DNA of 64,000 nt from a virus. Lineage: Duplodnaviria > Caudoviricetes. The notes below the pieces were generated by a model. That model was not told where the DNA came from. It was given only the letters and a program-made list of their open reading frames with translations, and made no database searches. Both the position numbers and the translations under genes were made by a program. The stretch lies in the IMG/VR virus record IMGVR_UViG_2731957753_000001, positions 1-64,000 of that record; one strand, written 5' to 3'. Shown in pieces: positions 8,426-17,685 of this stretch. Position 1 is the stretch's first letter; each line of letters begins with the position of its first letter.

Positions 8426-8817
8426 GCCGCGGTCTTCTTTCCGACGAGACGCACCATGCAGGGTGCGTGTGTTTCGTGTCCGGTTTCGGGGTTGGTGCAG
8501 GTTTCGCCCGGTTGGGCGCCGCAGCGCGGACACTGGTCGCTGAACGCACCGTTGACGTGGTAGGCGCCCATACGTGCCCTGCGCATGGGCCGCTGCGACG
8601 GTTTCCGTTCAGCGATTTCGCCAGCAATGTCGATGACGTGCTGGGTGTCGATGCGACTGGGGTTGATCTTGTAGTGGAGGTGAACAGCTTCGACCGCAGC
8701 AGGTTTCGGCAAATGCCCGATCTGCTCGTGCCATTCGGTGATGAGGTCGGGGGTGATCTCGCGCTGGTCGTAGTCGCGAACCAGTTCCAGGATCGCGACC
8801 GTGTCAACCCGGTTCAT
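8422..8817 (-). CDS. Replication-module protein with C-terminal zinc finger (possible helicase loader/inhibitor)
   Basis: Helical N-terminus plus CPRCGAQPGETC...H...R; downstream of the initiator. Confidence 0.6.
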   Translation of the reverse strand: MNRVDTVAILELVRDYDQREITPDLITEWHEQIGHLPKPAAVEAVHLHYKINPSRIDTQHVIDIAGEIAERKPSQRPMRRARMGAYHVNGAFSDQCPRCGAQPGETCTNPETGHETHAPCMVRLVGKKTAA

Positions 8818-9398
8818 GACGCACGCTCCACCGAGTACAGGTCGGCGACACGGAGGGCTTGGGCAAGTTCTCGCCGGCGGTCCCGGAACCCGAGGGCGGC
8901 TTGCTTCTTGGCGGCGAACAGGGCTTTGAATTCGTCGAGCCGTTCGGGCTCCAGTTGGCCGCGGGGTGTACGTCCGAGCGCGACCGCCAAAGCGACCTCA
9001 CGGGAGAACGCGTGTGCTTCCCGCGGCGTGTAACCCATGTCCTGGAACACGTGGTTCGCCAGCTCCATTTCGTCGACCCGGTCTTTCGGCAACTGAGCGA
9101 GGACGTCCCGACGGAAGGCGTGGGCGTGACGGATGATGTCATCCGGCGTCGGCCGGAACTGCTCGGCTTTCTCGCCACGCTGCTCGGACCGGGTGGTGTT
9201 GATGCGACTGTGGTGGTCTCGGGCGTGTTCGACGCCGGCAACCAAGTCCTCGACACACAACCCGGTCTTCTGGAAGTGGTTGGCCCAGGCTGCGGCGGTG
9301 GGGACGCTGATCTTCGGGAACCACAGATCGAAGTCTTGGAGGTTTTGGAAGACGGCTTTGGCGGCGTCGAGGTAGTAGGGGTCTGGTGTCGCGTTCAT
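8814..9398 (-). CDS. Hypothetical replication-module protein (194 aa)
   Basis: Coupled directly downstream of the initiator. Confidence 0.65.
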   Translation of the reverse strand: MNATPDPYYLDAAKAVFQNLQDFDLWFPKISVPTAAAWANHFQKTGLCVEDLVAGVEHARDHHSRINTTRSEQRGEKAEQFRPTPDDIIRHAHAFRRDVLAQLPKDRVDEMELANHVFQDMGYTPREAHAFSREVALAVALGRTPRGQLEPERLDEFKALFAAKKQAALGFRDRRRELAQALRVADLYSVERAS

Positions 9399-10495
9399 GC
9401 GGTGGCGCTCCAGTCGGTGAAGTCGATGGCGGGCTGTGCGGGTTCGGCGTCGATGACTTGCATCAGTGGCCGCTGGTGGGCGACTTGACGGTTGAGTTCG
9501 TCGAATGTGGCGTTGAGGTCGGCGCGTTTCCTGTCGCCTGCGGTTGCCGGGGGGCCAGGGGTGGCGTGGGTTGCGGGCCGTGGACGCGCTTTGCCGAGCC
9601 AGGTATGGAATGCGGCGTTCCAGTCGACTTGGAGGCGTCCGTTGGCGAGGGCGTGGTTACGGAACTGATCGGCTTCGTGTTCGAGGTCGACGCCCATGCG
9701 CCCGGCTTTGTGTCGATGTGTGTCGGTTGGCGCCCACTCCTCGGGGATGGGGGCGGGTTCGCGCCTGCGCTGCCGACTGGTTTGCGCTGGGGGTGGCGCG
9801 TCCGGCTCGCCGGGGTCTGCCGCGCGAGCGGTATGAGGTATGTAGGTCTGCTGTATGCGGTCTGCCGTATGCAGGTAGGAAACGGACCGATCCGCATTAC
9901 CAATCGGATTGCCAATCGCATTACCAATCCGATTGGTGTTCTCGACCGGTTCGGCATTACCAATCCGATTACCAATGTGATTACCAATGTGGTTGGTAAT
10001 CCGGTTGGTGTAGCCGTGCTCTTCCAGGTCCGGGCGGGTCATCAACCGGGCCAGGTGCTCACCTGAGATCGGGGACGAGAACGACGAGTACTCGGGGTGC
10101 TCGGCGTGGGCTCGCTTCACCTCGGTCACGACGGCGGCACGCAGGGTGCGGGAGGCTACGGCCCCGTAGGCGCGGACAACGGAGATCCCCATCTTCGGGT
10201 TCCGCAGGAGTTCGTCGCTGCGGATTAGTGCCCGAACCAACGCCTCTTCGGTGTCGGGGTCGAACAGCACGAACCGGGCTTCTTCGAGTTCCGCCGCGGC
10301 TGATTCGATGCGTTCGGGGGTCCAGCCGGCGGCGCGGACACGCAACCGGGTGGGGCGCCAGTCGACGCGACCGCAGTAGGACATTTCGGGGTCGGTGGCG
10401 AGGACGAAGTAGAGGTGCTGTGCGGGTGGAGTGAGGTTGAGGAAGTCGTCGTCTTCCCACATGGACAACTGGAAACGGGCATATTCGCGAGGCAT
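9395..10495 (-). CDS. Putative replication initiator protein
   Basis: N-terminal winged-helix-like region (WEDDDFLNLTPPAQHLYFVL), internal tandem DNA repeats, C-terminal DWNAAFHTWL motif. Confidence 0.75.
   Translation of the reverse strand: MPREYARFQLSMWEDDDFLNLTPPAQHLYFVLATDPEMSYCGRVDWRPTRLRVRAAGWTPERIESAAAELEEARFVLFDPDTEEALVRALIRSDELLRNPKMGISVVRAYGAVASRTLRAAVVTEVKRAHAEHPEYSSFSSPISGEHLARLMTRPDLEEHGYTNRITNHIGNHIGNRIGNAEPVENTNRIGNAIGNPIGNADRSVSYLHTADRIQQTYIPHTARAADPGEPDAPPPAQTSRQRRREPAPIPEEWAPTDTHRHKAGRMGVDLEHEADQFRNHALANGRLQVDWNAAFHTWLGKARPRPATHATPGPPATAGDRKRADLNATFDELNRQVAHQRPLMQVIDAEPAQPAIDFTDWSATA
9846..10003. repeat. Iteron-like tandem repeats inside the initiator gene (putative origin)
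   Basis: 12-mers ATT(A/G)CCAAT(C/G)NN in two blocks of three (9896-9931, 9956-9991), plus two 14-mers GTCTGCYGTATGCR (9846-9873). Confidence 0.75.
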
Positions 10496-11688
10496 TAGGC
10501 ACTCCCTGCCGGGGTCTGCTCGATGTATTCGAGGTAGTGGCGCGCGAACTCGGGTAGCAGCTCGGGGGTGTAGGCGTCGAGCTGGCCGCGCAGGAACGTG
10601 TACGTGAAGTGGAAAGCGCCCGCAAAAGTGAGACCCGCTTCACGGATGGCGGTTGTCAAGTTCGTTGCGAGCTGGTTGTCATGGGAATAGTCGGCCGGAA
10701 GTACTTCCCACAGGATTACCCGTAGGATCAGGTCAATGACGTCATGCGTGACCGGAAGATCGTTCGTTGCGTAGTGGTTGAATTTCGATTCCAGTCCGGC
10801 CAGCACCCGATGGTTTGCAAACATTTCAGTGATGGCCTCCGGCGACAGCGGCACCTTCTCGCCGCTGTCGTCCGCGCATCGACGTTCGATGATGTATCGC
10901 ACCAATTCGACGGCGGGCATTTCATCGCTGTCCATCCAGCGTCCGCCGTTGGCCGCCGCGTGCCATTGAGTAATCGACGCGTCGTCAACTTTGATCCCAC
11001 CGAGTTTCGAAGCCAGTTGAAGGATGTCGAGAACTTGTTCACGGCTCCACTCGTTGCCGCTGGCAATCTGACGGGTCACTCCCTCTGGCTCGGCATGTCG
11101 CCCGCGCACATGGAACTCGCTCACCTGACCGCCCGCGATCTCCCGGGCCCGCACCTGTGCCTGCTCGATGCGCTTCCAGCAGCAGCCGCAGAAGTATTTC
11201 CAGACTCGTTCGGCGCCGCGGACGGTTCTCGTGTTCATGGCGACGTCAACGAGCGCCTCCAAATCGGAGAACGTCAGGCCAGCGGCGAGAAACTGACGGA
11301 CCGACAATCCGAAGCCGCTAGGGAGTTCAAGTGGACGGCCACCCGCAGTCCATTCCTCCCATATGGCCCGGAACCTGTCCTCCGTGGCGCGATTGTCGGC
11401 GTACTCGGCTTCCCGTTCCGCGGCGGCCTGTTTGAGCGCGTCGGACCAGCGGATGGCGTCGGCTGACACTTCGGCGACGCGGGCAGCATCGGGTGCGATG
11501 GAGGTTTTGCCGCCATTGCAGTCAGCGCAGGCAGTGAACAGGTTCCCGGGCTCGTCGGTGCCACCGAGAGCAACCGGGGTTACGTGGTCGATGGTGAGCT
11601 TCACGTCGGGCGCCGTTGCACCGCAATAGCGGCAAGTGTGCGCGTCGCGGCGGAAGATTTCGAATCGGAGGCGGCGTGATACGGCCAT
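10495..11688 (-). CDS. HNH endonuclease domain protein with long helical C-terminus (397 aa)
   Basis: RFEIFRRDAHTCRYCG...IDHVTPVALGGTDEPGNLFTACADCNGGK; true start is ATG 11688. Confidence 0.85.
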   Translation of the reverse strand: MAVSRRLRFEIFRRDAHTCRYCGATAPDVKLTIDHVTPVALGGTDEPGNLFTACADCNGGKTSIAPDAARVAEVSADAIRWSDALKQAAAEREAEYADNRATEDRFRAIWEEWTAGGRPLELPSGFGLSVRQFLAAGLTFSDLEALVDVAMNTRTVRGAERVWKYFCGCCWKRIEQAQVRAREIAGGQVSEFHVRGRHAEPEGVTRQIASGNEWSREQVLDILQLASKLGGIKVDDASITQWHAAANGGRWMDSDEMPAVELVRYIIERRCADDSGEKVPLSPEAITEMFANHRVLAGLESKFNHYATNDLPVTHDVIDLILRVILWEVLPADYSHDNQLATNLTTAIREAGLTFAGAFHFTYTFLRGQLDAYTPELLPEFARHYLEYIEQTPAGSA

Positions 11689-11714
11689 GAGTGTTCGGGT
11701 TCCTTCGAGGAGGT

Positions 11715-12440
11715 TTAGGCGGCGGTTTGTTGGCGGCGGGCGGCTGCTCGTTCGCGTTGGCCGCGCATGCATTCGGCGCAGGCCCGGTGTCCGCGCCGCC
11801 CGGTGACGGTGTTTGCTGGGGTGCGGGGATGGTTGTTGACGCACACGGGCCGGTCCTGGACTTTGATGCCGGCCGCTATCCAGTCGGGTTGTGCACGCGG
11901 GTCGTCGATATCGATGCCGTCCCATGCGAGCGGGGGGACGTGTCCCGCTGCGCGGGCGACTTGGATGCTTTTCCGGCTGGGGCCGGGGGTTCCGGACAGG
12001 GCGTTGTACAGGTCGCGGATTTCGGCCCACCGCTGGTAGGTGACGTGTTTGCGGCGGGCGCACAGGTTGAGTCCGCTTACGTCGATTCCGAGCCGGTCGG
12101 CGAGCAGTGTGGTGGACCATCCGATGGCGTTGAGTGCGCGGAGGCGGCGTGCGGCGCCGATGCCGAGGACCCTGTTTTGTTTCGGGTGGGGGTGGTGGGT
12201 GGTGGCTCGGATGGCGGCGGCGAGTTCGACGCGGACGCGTTCGATGGCGCCGATGTCGATGTAGCGGATGCATTGTTTGGTGCATCCTGCGCTGGCGGCG
12301 ATCATCGGATAGTTGATTCCGATGGTGGTGAGTGACCGGATGTGTTCTTGGATTGGGGCGGTGTCGGTGTATACCTGGATGTTGTTGGCTTTCCGGTACC
12401 GGTAGCGTTTCGTTCTGCGGGTGCCTGACGTGATGGTCAT
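11715..12440 (-). CDS. Multi-HTH DNA-binding protein with C-terminal CxxxH...CxxC finger
   Basis: GAARRLRALNAIGWSTTLLADRLGI...PPLAWDGIDIDDP; paralog of the next gene. Confidence 0.75.
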   Translation of the reverse strand: MTITSGTRRTKRYRYRKANNIQVYTDTAPIQEHIRSLTTIGINYPMIAASAGCTKQCIRYIDIGAIERVRVELAAAIRATTHHPHPKQNRVLGIGAARRLRALNAIGWSTTLLADRLGIDVSGLNLCARRKHVTYQRWAEIRDLYNALSGTPGPSRKSIQVARAAGHVPPLAWDGIDIDDPRAQPDWIAAGIKVQDRPVCVNNHPRTPANTVTGRRGHRACAECMRGQRERAAARRQQTAA

Positions 12441-13255
12441 GCCGCCTCCCGCAGGGTTTTATTTCGGGCACGCCTCAACCCGATGTCGGCGGCTTCAGCG
12501 GACACCTGGAGTAGTTCCGCGACACGGGCGGCTGTGTATCCGCGCCGGGCTGCGAGCCGGTACGCGGCGCCCTTCTCTGCCCGGTTGAGCGGCCCAGAAT
12601 CGACACCATCGACGACGCGTTCAATCCGCACCCAGTCCACCCCGTGCGCGGCGTCGGGGTCACCGAAATCGGGGCTACTGTCGGGATGGTCGATGTCGAT
12701 TCCGTCCCACGCCATAGGGGGCGCGTCCCCATTGAGTCGCGCGAGGTACGCCGCTTCATCTGACGAGCCAGGCACATGCGACAGGTCGCGGTAGAGGTCG
12801 GCTACCCGCAGCCAGGTGGCGCCGGCGATGCGATGCTTATTGCAGATATTCGATACCGCGTTGGGGCCGACGCCGAGCAGTGGCGCGATATCCCGATTGG
12901 AATGCCCCAACGCTCGCAGTGCGCGCAACCGTCGCCCGGCGCCGAGAGCAGGCACCCGGAACGATGCCTGATTCGCGGTGGGGACATGGGTAAGCGTCCG
13001 GATGCGTACTGCGCGACTGGTGTAGACGATGTTCTGGTTGCGGTGCCCGATGCGGATGTGCCGGATCGCCATCTGGGAGATTCCCGCTTCGGCGGCGAGC
13101 GCCTGATCGGTGAATCCGAGACCGGAAAGCCATCGCAAATGCTGCTGCAATGGCGTGATATCGGTGTACCCGGAAATTCCGCGGGCTCGCCGGATAGAAC
13201 TGCTCTTGCAGCGAAGGTACGGATCTTGCACTGGGATCTGCGTGTACACGTTCAC
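12437..13255 (-). CDS. Multi-HTH DNA-binding protein with C-terminal sigma-4-like HTH (272 aa)
   Basis: GAGRRLRALRALGHSNRDIAPLLGV...PPMAWDGIDIDHP...GYTAARVAELLQVS; GTG start at 13255. Confidence 0.75.
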   Translation of the reverse strand: MNVYTQIPVQDPYLRCKSSSIRRARGISGYTDITPLQQHLRWLSGLGFTDQALAAEAGISQMAIRHIRIGHRNQNIVYTSRAVRIRTLTHVPTANQASFRVPALGAGRRLRALRALGHSNRDIAPLLGVGPNAVSNICNKHRIAGATWLRVADLYRDLSHVPGSSDEAAYLARLNGDAPPMAWDGIDIDHPDSSPDFGDPDAAHGVDWVRIERVVDGVDSGPLNRAEKGAAYRLAARRGYTAARVAELLQVSAEAADIGLRRARNKTLREAA

Positions 13256-13695
13256 GCGGCTACCCCCAGGTGATGGTTGATGCGGGTCCAGGAGATGCCG
13301 AGCTTTCGGGCGATCTGGTTGCGGTTCCAGCCGTGTTCCGTGTACAGGGCTCGCGCGTATGCGGGTTTGTCTACGGCGGCGACTGTGACGTCTGCACCGG
13401 AGATGATGCGGTCTAGGATGATCGCGTCCACATAGGGTGTGCCGCGGGAGTACTGGTCTATGGCGGTCTCCGGGTCGATCCGGTTTATGGCTGCGGCTAG
13501 GTTTGGGTGCACAAAGCTGGCGCGGCCCTGCCAGATCCGGTTGAGGGTGGTGGAGTGCACTCCGAGCCCGTTGGCGAGACGGTTCGGGACGACGCCTTGG
13601 TTGATGAGGTCGCGGAGTTTGGTTCGGCTCGGTTCGGCGGGCCGGTATCCACGGGCGAGCCAGTAGCGGCTGTTGCCGGCAGTGGTGCCGCTCAT
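13252..13695 (-). CDS. Double-HTH DNA-binding protein (147 aa)
   Basis: NRLANGLGVHSTTLNRIW and GWNRNQIARKLGISWTRI. Confidence 0.7.
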   Translation of the reverse strand: MSGTTAGNSRYWLARGYRPAEPSRTKLRDLINQGVVPNRLANGLGVHSTTLNRIWQGRASFVHPNLAAAINRIDPETAIDQYSRGTPYVDAIILDRIISGADVTVAAVDKPAYARALYTEHGWNRNQIARKLGISWTRINHHLGVAA

Positions 13696-14381
13696 GCCGC
13701 AGTCGCTTTCTGGGTGCGCACGGGCCACTCGACGGAGACGTCGTCGAAGGGCCGGTTGTTGCGGCGGAGGTAGTCGATGTAGGAGTACTGGCGTTCCCGG
13801 TACCAGTTGGCTTGGGATTCCATGAGACTGTCGGCAGACGCGAGAGCGAGGACGTGATAGACGCGCGGCATCTTCCACGCCAGGCGAGCCGCGGCGAGGG
13901 CGTCACCGTCGGCCGAGTGGGCGCCATCGAGGCGCACCCCATAGTGTTCGCAAACATCCGCGAGGGTCCGCTTACCTTTCCGGTATGCGTCGAATTCGCG
14001 GTCGATGGTGAACGGGTCCACGATCAGACCCCGGACCTCGAACCCCGGCGAATGGTTCGCGATGACCGTGAAATCGAAGCTCGCGTTATAAGCGACGACG
14101 GCGCGACCGGACTCCCACGCGACGTACAGGGCTTCCACAACCTCCGCGACCACTTCATCGTGCGGCCGTCCGTGTTCGCGGACGTACTCGTTCGTGATGC
14201 CATGCACGTCGGTCGCCTCAGCAGGTATTTCGATCCCGGGATTCGCTACCCAGGTGCGGGAGTCGACCTCGGATCCGTTGATTGCGGCGACGCATGCCGT
14301 GACGAGACGCGCGGTGTTCGGGTCTGCGGAGGTCGTCTCGGTGTCGACCGCGCAGAGCGGCATATCAACCCAGCTAGTCAC
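13692..14381 (-). CDS. DnaQ-like (DEDDh) 3'-5' exonuclease
   Basis: AVDTETT, YNASFD, GAHSADGDA. Confidence 0.9.
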   Translation of the reverse strand: MTSWVDMPLCAVDTETTSADPNTARLVTACVAAINGSEVDSRTWVANPGIEIPAEATDVHGITNEYVREHGRPHDEVVAEVVEALYVAWESGRAVVAYNASFDFTVIANHSPGFEVRGLIVDPFTIDREFDAYRKGKRTLADVCEHYGVRLDGAHSADGDALAAARLAWKMPRVYHVLALASADSLMESQANWYRERQYSYIDYLRRNNRPFDDVSVEWPVRTQKATAA

Positions 14382-14586
14382 TGTTTTCCTCGGCTTCGAG
14401 AATGGATTCACCTGGCGCCATGTAGAGGGCACGGAATCCGGGATTGTCATTGGAATAGCGGAGGGCACGAAGTTCGGAGAGGTCGTCGTTCCCGAAGTAA
14501 CGGACCTCGAACGCGTCCCCGCCGGCGCCTGGCTGGTCCCCGACGTTCGGATAGGCCAACCAGGCGCCGTTGTCGATGCGAGCCAT
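14374..14586 (-). CDS. Hypothetical protein (70 aa)
   Basis: Coupled ORF. Confidence 0.6.
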   Translation of the reverse strand: MARIDNGAWLAYPNVGDQPGAGGDAFEVRYFGNDDLSELRALRYSNDNPGFRALYMAPGESILEAEENSD

Positions 14587-14589
14587 TGC

Positions 14590-15228
14590 CTATCCCTGCG
14601 GATCCGGCGGGAAAATGCCCTCATCGGCGGGCGGGATGTCGCTCTCTGTGGGGGCCTTGACCTCGTTGCTGAGGGTGTTGGCGCGTTCTTTCCAAAGCTG
14701 CACGAGCCGGTTCCGGTGCTGCCCGAGATCGAATGTCTTCAACTGGGCGGTGATCGCATCGAGTTCCGCGCGGTCGGCGGCGGTCTCGATCTCTGCTGCG
14801 ATCTCATGCGCCTGGTCGTCGGTGATCATCGGCAGTCCGGCAGGCAACGGCTCGACGACGTACGGCGCCCGCTTCCCACGTGTCACAGTCAGGGCGAGGG
14901 TGAGCCGTTTGTCGATGTGCGACATGTGGGAGATGCGGATCCCACCGACCTTTTCCGGCCCGAACTTGATCTCGGGGTCGCGGTAGATCTTCAACCGGCG
15001 GCCCGCGTAGGTACTCGACTCGGCACCCCAGGCGTTGATGAGCACGCGGATCATGCTTTTCCCAGGCCGATACGGGCGTTTGGGCCCGAATTCGGCGGTC
15101 ACGATCTCGACCGGCTGTTCAGCGTTGCCGCGGCGGGTTTCGACGATGGTGACGACCCGCGGCCCGGACATCAGATCATCTGCGTTGATCTGGTCGCTCT
15201 TGGGTGCGGCGGCTTCGGAGATGTCCAT
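14590..15228 (-). CDS. Conserved phage protein beside the YqaJ exonuclease (positional candidate for the ssDNA-annealing partner)
   Basis: MDISEAAAPKSDQINADDLMSGP...FGPEKVGGIRISHMSHI; true start is ATG 15228 and the listed 689-aa ORF is a frame artefact upstream. Confidence 0.7.
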   Translation of the reverse strand: MDISEAAAPKSDQINADDLMSGPRVVTIVETRRGNAEQPVEIVTAEFGPKRPYRPGKSMIRVLINAWGAESSTYAGRRLKIYRDPEIKFGPEKVGGIRISHMSHIDKRLTLALTVTRGKRAPYVVEPLPAGLPMITDDQAHEIAAEIETAADRAELDAITAQLKTFDLGQHRNRLVQLWKERANTLSNEVKAPTESDIPPADEGIFPPDPQG

Positions 15229-15690
15229 CAAATTGCCTTTCGGGAGCGTGCTTTTCGATGCTTGATGCCTGCCTGTCGTTGACAGGCGCGGCAGAAGCGT
15301 TTGCCTGATGGAGCCACGTACAGGTTGGCTCCGGAGTAGGGATGGCCCGCCGGGCACTGACTCTTGCGATGGTTGCCGAGGGAGCGCCGGTAGTTCTCGT
15401 CTCGGGTGACCGCTTCGAGGTGCCTGGGGTTGACGCACAGCCGGTTGCGGCACAGGTGGTCGATCTCCAATGCCCTCTGGGATGGGCCCGACGTAGTGCT
15501 CATAGGACCAGCGGTGCGCATAGACGCGGCCCGTCTGGTCGAGGGATGTTCGCCCGGCAAAGAAGTACCCGTACCCCGACTGGCTCGCGGTGCCCGCAGT
15601 CCACACGACGCATCCGTTTTCGCCCGGTTCGGTCTTTTCGACGAAGCGCTCCAGAGCTGGCCGCAGCACGTGGCCGACCTCGAAGACCAT
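15228..15690 (-). pseudogene. HNH endonuclease gene with a +1 frameshift at ~15471
   Basis: GCVVWT...GYG...[17 protein letters not shown] continues as [26 protein letters not shown] only if one A (GGC-A-TTG) is removed; 463 nt = 3n+1. Confidence 0.8.
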
Positions 15691-15692
15691 GG

Positions 15693-16433
15693 CTAGAACA
15701 CCAACCCGTGCTCGATGACCCGCTCGGTCACGGGAAGTCCCTCGACGCGCTCCATGTACAGGCGCGTCATCTCTGCGGCGTTGTCTTCGAACGCCTGCAA
15801 AGCCGCGATGATCGCTTCGAACCAGCGCGGGTCCGGGTACACCCGCTTCGTCCACATCGGCATCCCGCCGCAATATGAGATGTAGTCCAGCCACTGACGA
15901 CCCGACACGAGCAGCCCGCACTGCAACTGCGGCATGACCTCGGCCGGGGGCTGTCCGGCCAGGATGTGCGCGAGGTGGATTTTCGACTTCCGGGACTTGA
16001 TCTCGATCAATCCGTCGCCGTCGACGAGCCCGTCCGGTGAGTAGCCGATCCGGACACCTTCCAGTTCGCGGACCATGAAACCGGTTTCGTGGACGGGGGC
16101 GTAGTGCTGGCTGTAGATGTCTCGGGCGCGGGGTTCGTCTTCGATGCCACGGAACATGTCGTCGCTCATGAACGTCGGGTCGGTCCAGCCCGTGATGCGT
16201 TCGGCGACGAGCAGGGCGGTGAGTCCGCGGGATGTGTCGTTGTTGGCGGGTTTCAGCGTTTTCGCGGTGACGAGGTCGCCGATAACCGAGGCGGTGACGA
16301 GTCCGCGGCGTGCTGCCAACCATTCGTCCGAGCCCTGGACGAGGTCCGGGTAGACGGTGATGGGTGCTTCGAGCCATGCGCGGGTGTCTGGTGTGTGGGG
16401 CTCGACGAGCCGGAGCCTGTTTGGGGTGGTCAT
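15693..16433 (-). CDS. YqaJ/lambda-exonuclease-like recombination nuclease
   Basis: QGSDEWLAARRGLVTAS, GYSPDGLV, IEIKS, QLQCGLLVSGR. Confidence 0.92.
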   Translation of the reverse strand: MTTPNRLRLVEPHTPDTRAWLEAPITVYPDLVQGSDEWLAARRGLVTASVIGDLVTAKTLKPANNDTSRGLTALLVAERITGWTDPTFMSDDMFRGIEDEPRARDIYSQHYAPVHETGFMVRELEGVRIGYSPDGLVDGDGLIEIKSRKSKIHLAHILAGQPPAEVMPQLQCGLLVSGRQWLDYISYCGGMPMWTKRVYPDPRWFEAIIAALQAFEDNAAEMTRLYMERVEGLPVTERVIEHGLVF

Positions 16434-16588
16434 CAGTTGCTCCAGAGGGTGCTTGACCAGTCGAGGAGGTAGGCGATGGCGCCGAAGAACACGCCGGTCG
16501 CGATGCAGAACAGGGCGGCGATTGCGTTGTCGGCGAGGGCGCGGAGCCTGGATGGTTTGGGGGGTGCCGTATTGTTGGTGGTGGACAT
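16433..16588 (-). CDS. Small membrane protein (51 aa)
   Basis: One hydrophobic segment; ATG at 16588. Confidence 0.55.
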   Translation of the reverse strand: MSTTNNTAPPKPSRLRALADNAIAALFCIATGVFFGAIAYLLDWSSTLWSN

Positions 16589-16678
16589 GCCACGGCCTTT
16601 CGGTTCGGTTTGGTGCGTGGGTGTCTGGCCCGTCTCCAATGCCAGTTGGGGGCGGGCATTTTCGTTTAGGGGGCTCGC

Positions 16679-16900
16679 CTAGCTGGTGGTGAAGTAGACG
16701 TTCAACAGTTCGCCGGGGAAGGCGCGTTGGAAGCCTGCGACGAATCGGTGTCCGGGGTCGGCGTGGCCGTTGAGGATTCGGCTCAGGGTGGCGCGGTTGA
16801 CGCCGAGGTGTTGGGCCATGCCGGTTTTGGAGGTGATGCCTCGACGGTGCATGAGCTGGGTGAATGGTTCGGGGCGGAGTTTGAGGACGGGTCGAGACAT
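16679..16900 (-). CDS. cro: Cro-like XRE HTH regulator
   Basis: MAQHLGVNRATLSRILNG; divergent from the repressor and first gene of the early operon. Confidence 0.85.
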   Translation of the reverse strand: MSRPVLKLRPEPFTQLMHRRGITSKTGMAQHLGVNRATLSRILNGHADPGHRFVAGFQRAFPGELLNVYFTTS

Positions 16901-16942
16901 GAGGGGTGTTTACCTTTCGGTGTAGTGGCTGTTCTACACCCT

Positions 16943-16971
16943 AGTGTAAACACGGACGCAGGTTACGTCAA
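16943..16971 (-). promoter_or_regulatory. SigA-type early promoter (cro)
   Basis: TTGACG-N17-TACACT. Confidence 0.8.
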
Positions 16972-17088
16972 CGCGACGGTGCCAGTACGGATGTACGGGT
17001 TGAAATGTGAATGTCTCAGATGCGCCGTGACCTGCGCGTTTTGTCCGTATCGGATGCGTAAATGTGACGGCCGGTACGAGTCAAACTG

Positions 17089-17117
17089 TTGGAACTAACA
17101 AGTGGTTGATCTACTAT
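17089..17117 (+). promoter_or_regulatory. Putative repressor promoter
   Basis: TTGGAA-N17-TACTAT, overlapped by a GGTTGA...TCAACC inverted repeat. Confidence 0.6.
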
Positions 17118-17158
17118 CGTGAAGTCAACCCTCTATACCCCTACCGGAAGGCCGCGCA

Positions 17159-17620
17159 GTGAGCGACACCGACAACGACAGCAGCCCCCCGGCCTCCTAC
17201 AGCTGGATCGACTACGTCAACTCCCTCTGCCACATACACCACCTCACCCTCCACCAATTCACACAGAGAATCGGCGCCAGCGCCTCCGTCAGCACCAAAT
17301 GGAAAGAAGGCGGCACCGTCCGCGCCGGCACCGCCCTCACCATCGCCCGCGAGTTCAACATCCCCTACCAGGAGGTGCTGATCGCGGCGGAACTGGCCGA
17401 ACCCTCGGACTTCGACTACAAGGGCAGTTCGCAAGTCCTCCAGCTCGCGGCACTGCCGAACGACACACTCATCGAGATCTTGAAAGAGCGGTTGATCCCC
17501 GACGAGGAACGCGACCCCACCCTTGCCAAGCCCGCCCCTAAGTCCGGTGATCTGCGGCGCCGGCGGATACCTGTAGAGGAGCCGCCCCGGGTTGCGCGTC
17601 GTCGCACCAACGGGAAATAG
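17159..17620 (+). CDS. Immunity repressor (XRE HTH)
   Basis: FTQRIGASASVSTKWKEGG...ALTIAREFNIPYQEVLIAAEL; divergent from cro. Confidence 0.85.
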   Translation: MSDTDNDSSPPASYSWIDYVNSLCHIHHLTLHQFTQRIGASASVSTKWKEGGTVRAGTALTIAREFNIPYQEVLIAAELAEPSDFDYKGSSQVLQLAALPNDTLIEILKERLIPDEERDPTLAKPAPKSGDLRRRRIPVEEPPRVARRRTNGK

Positions 17621-17685
17621 CGGAAACGTGGCCGCTCCCCCACCGGGACCGGCCACGACACCTAATCTGTCTTCTATGCGGCGGC

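Noticed and set aside
14590-16659. Listed 689-aa ORF
   Set aside because: It strings together off-frame YqaJ sequence, the 5' half of the frameshifted HNH and the real gene starting at 15228
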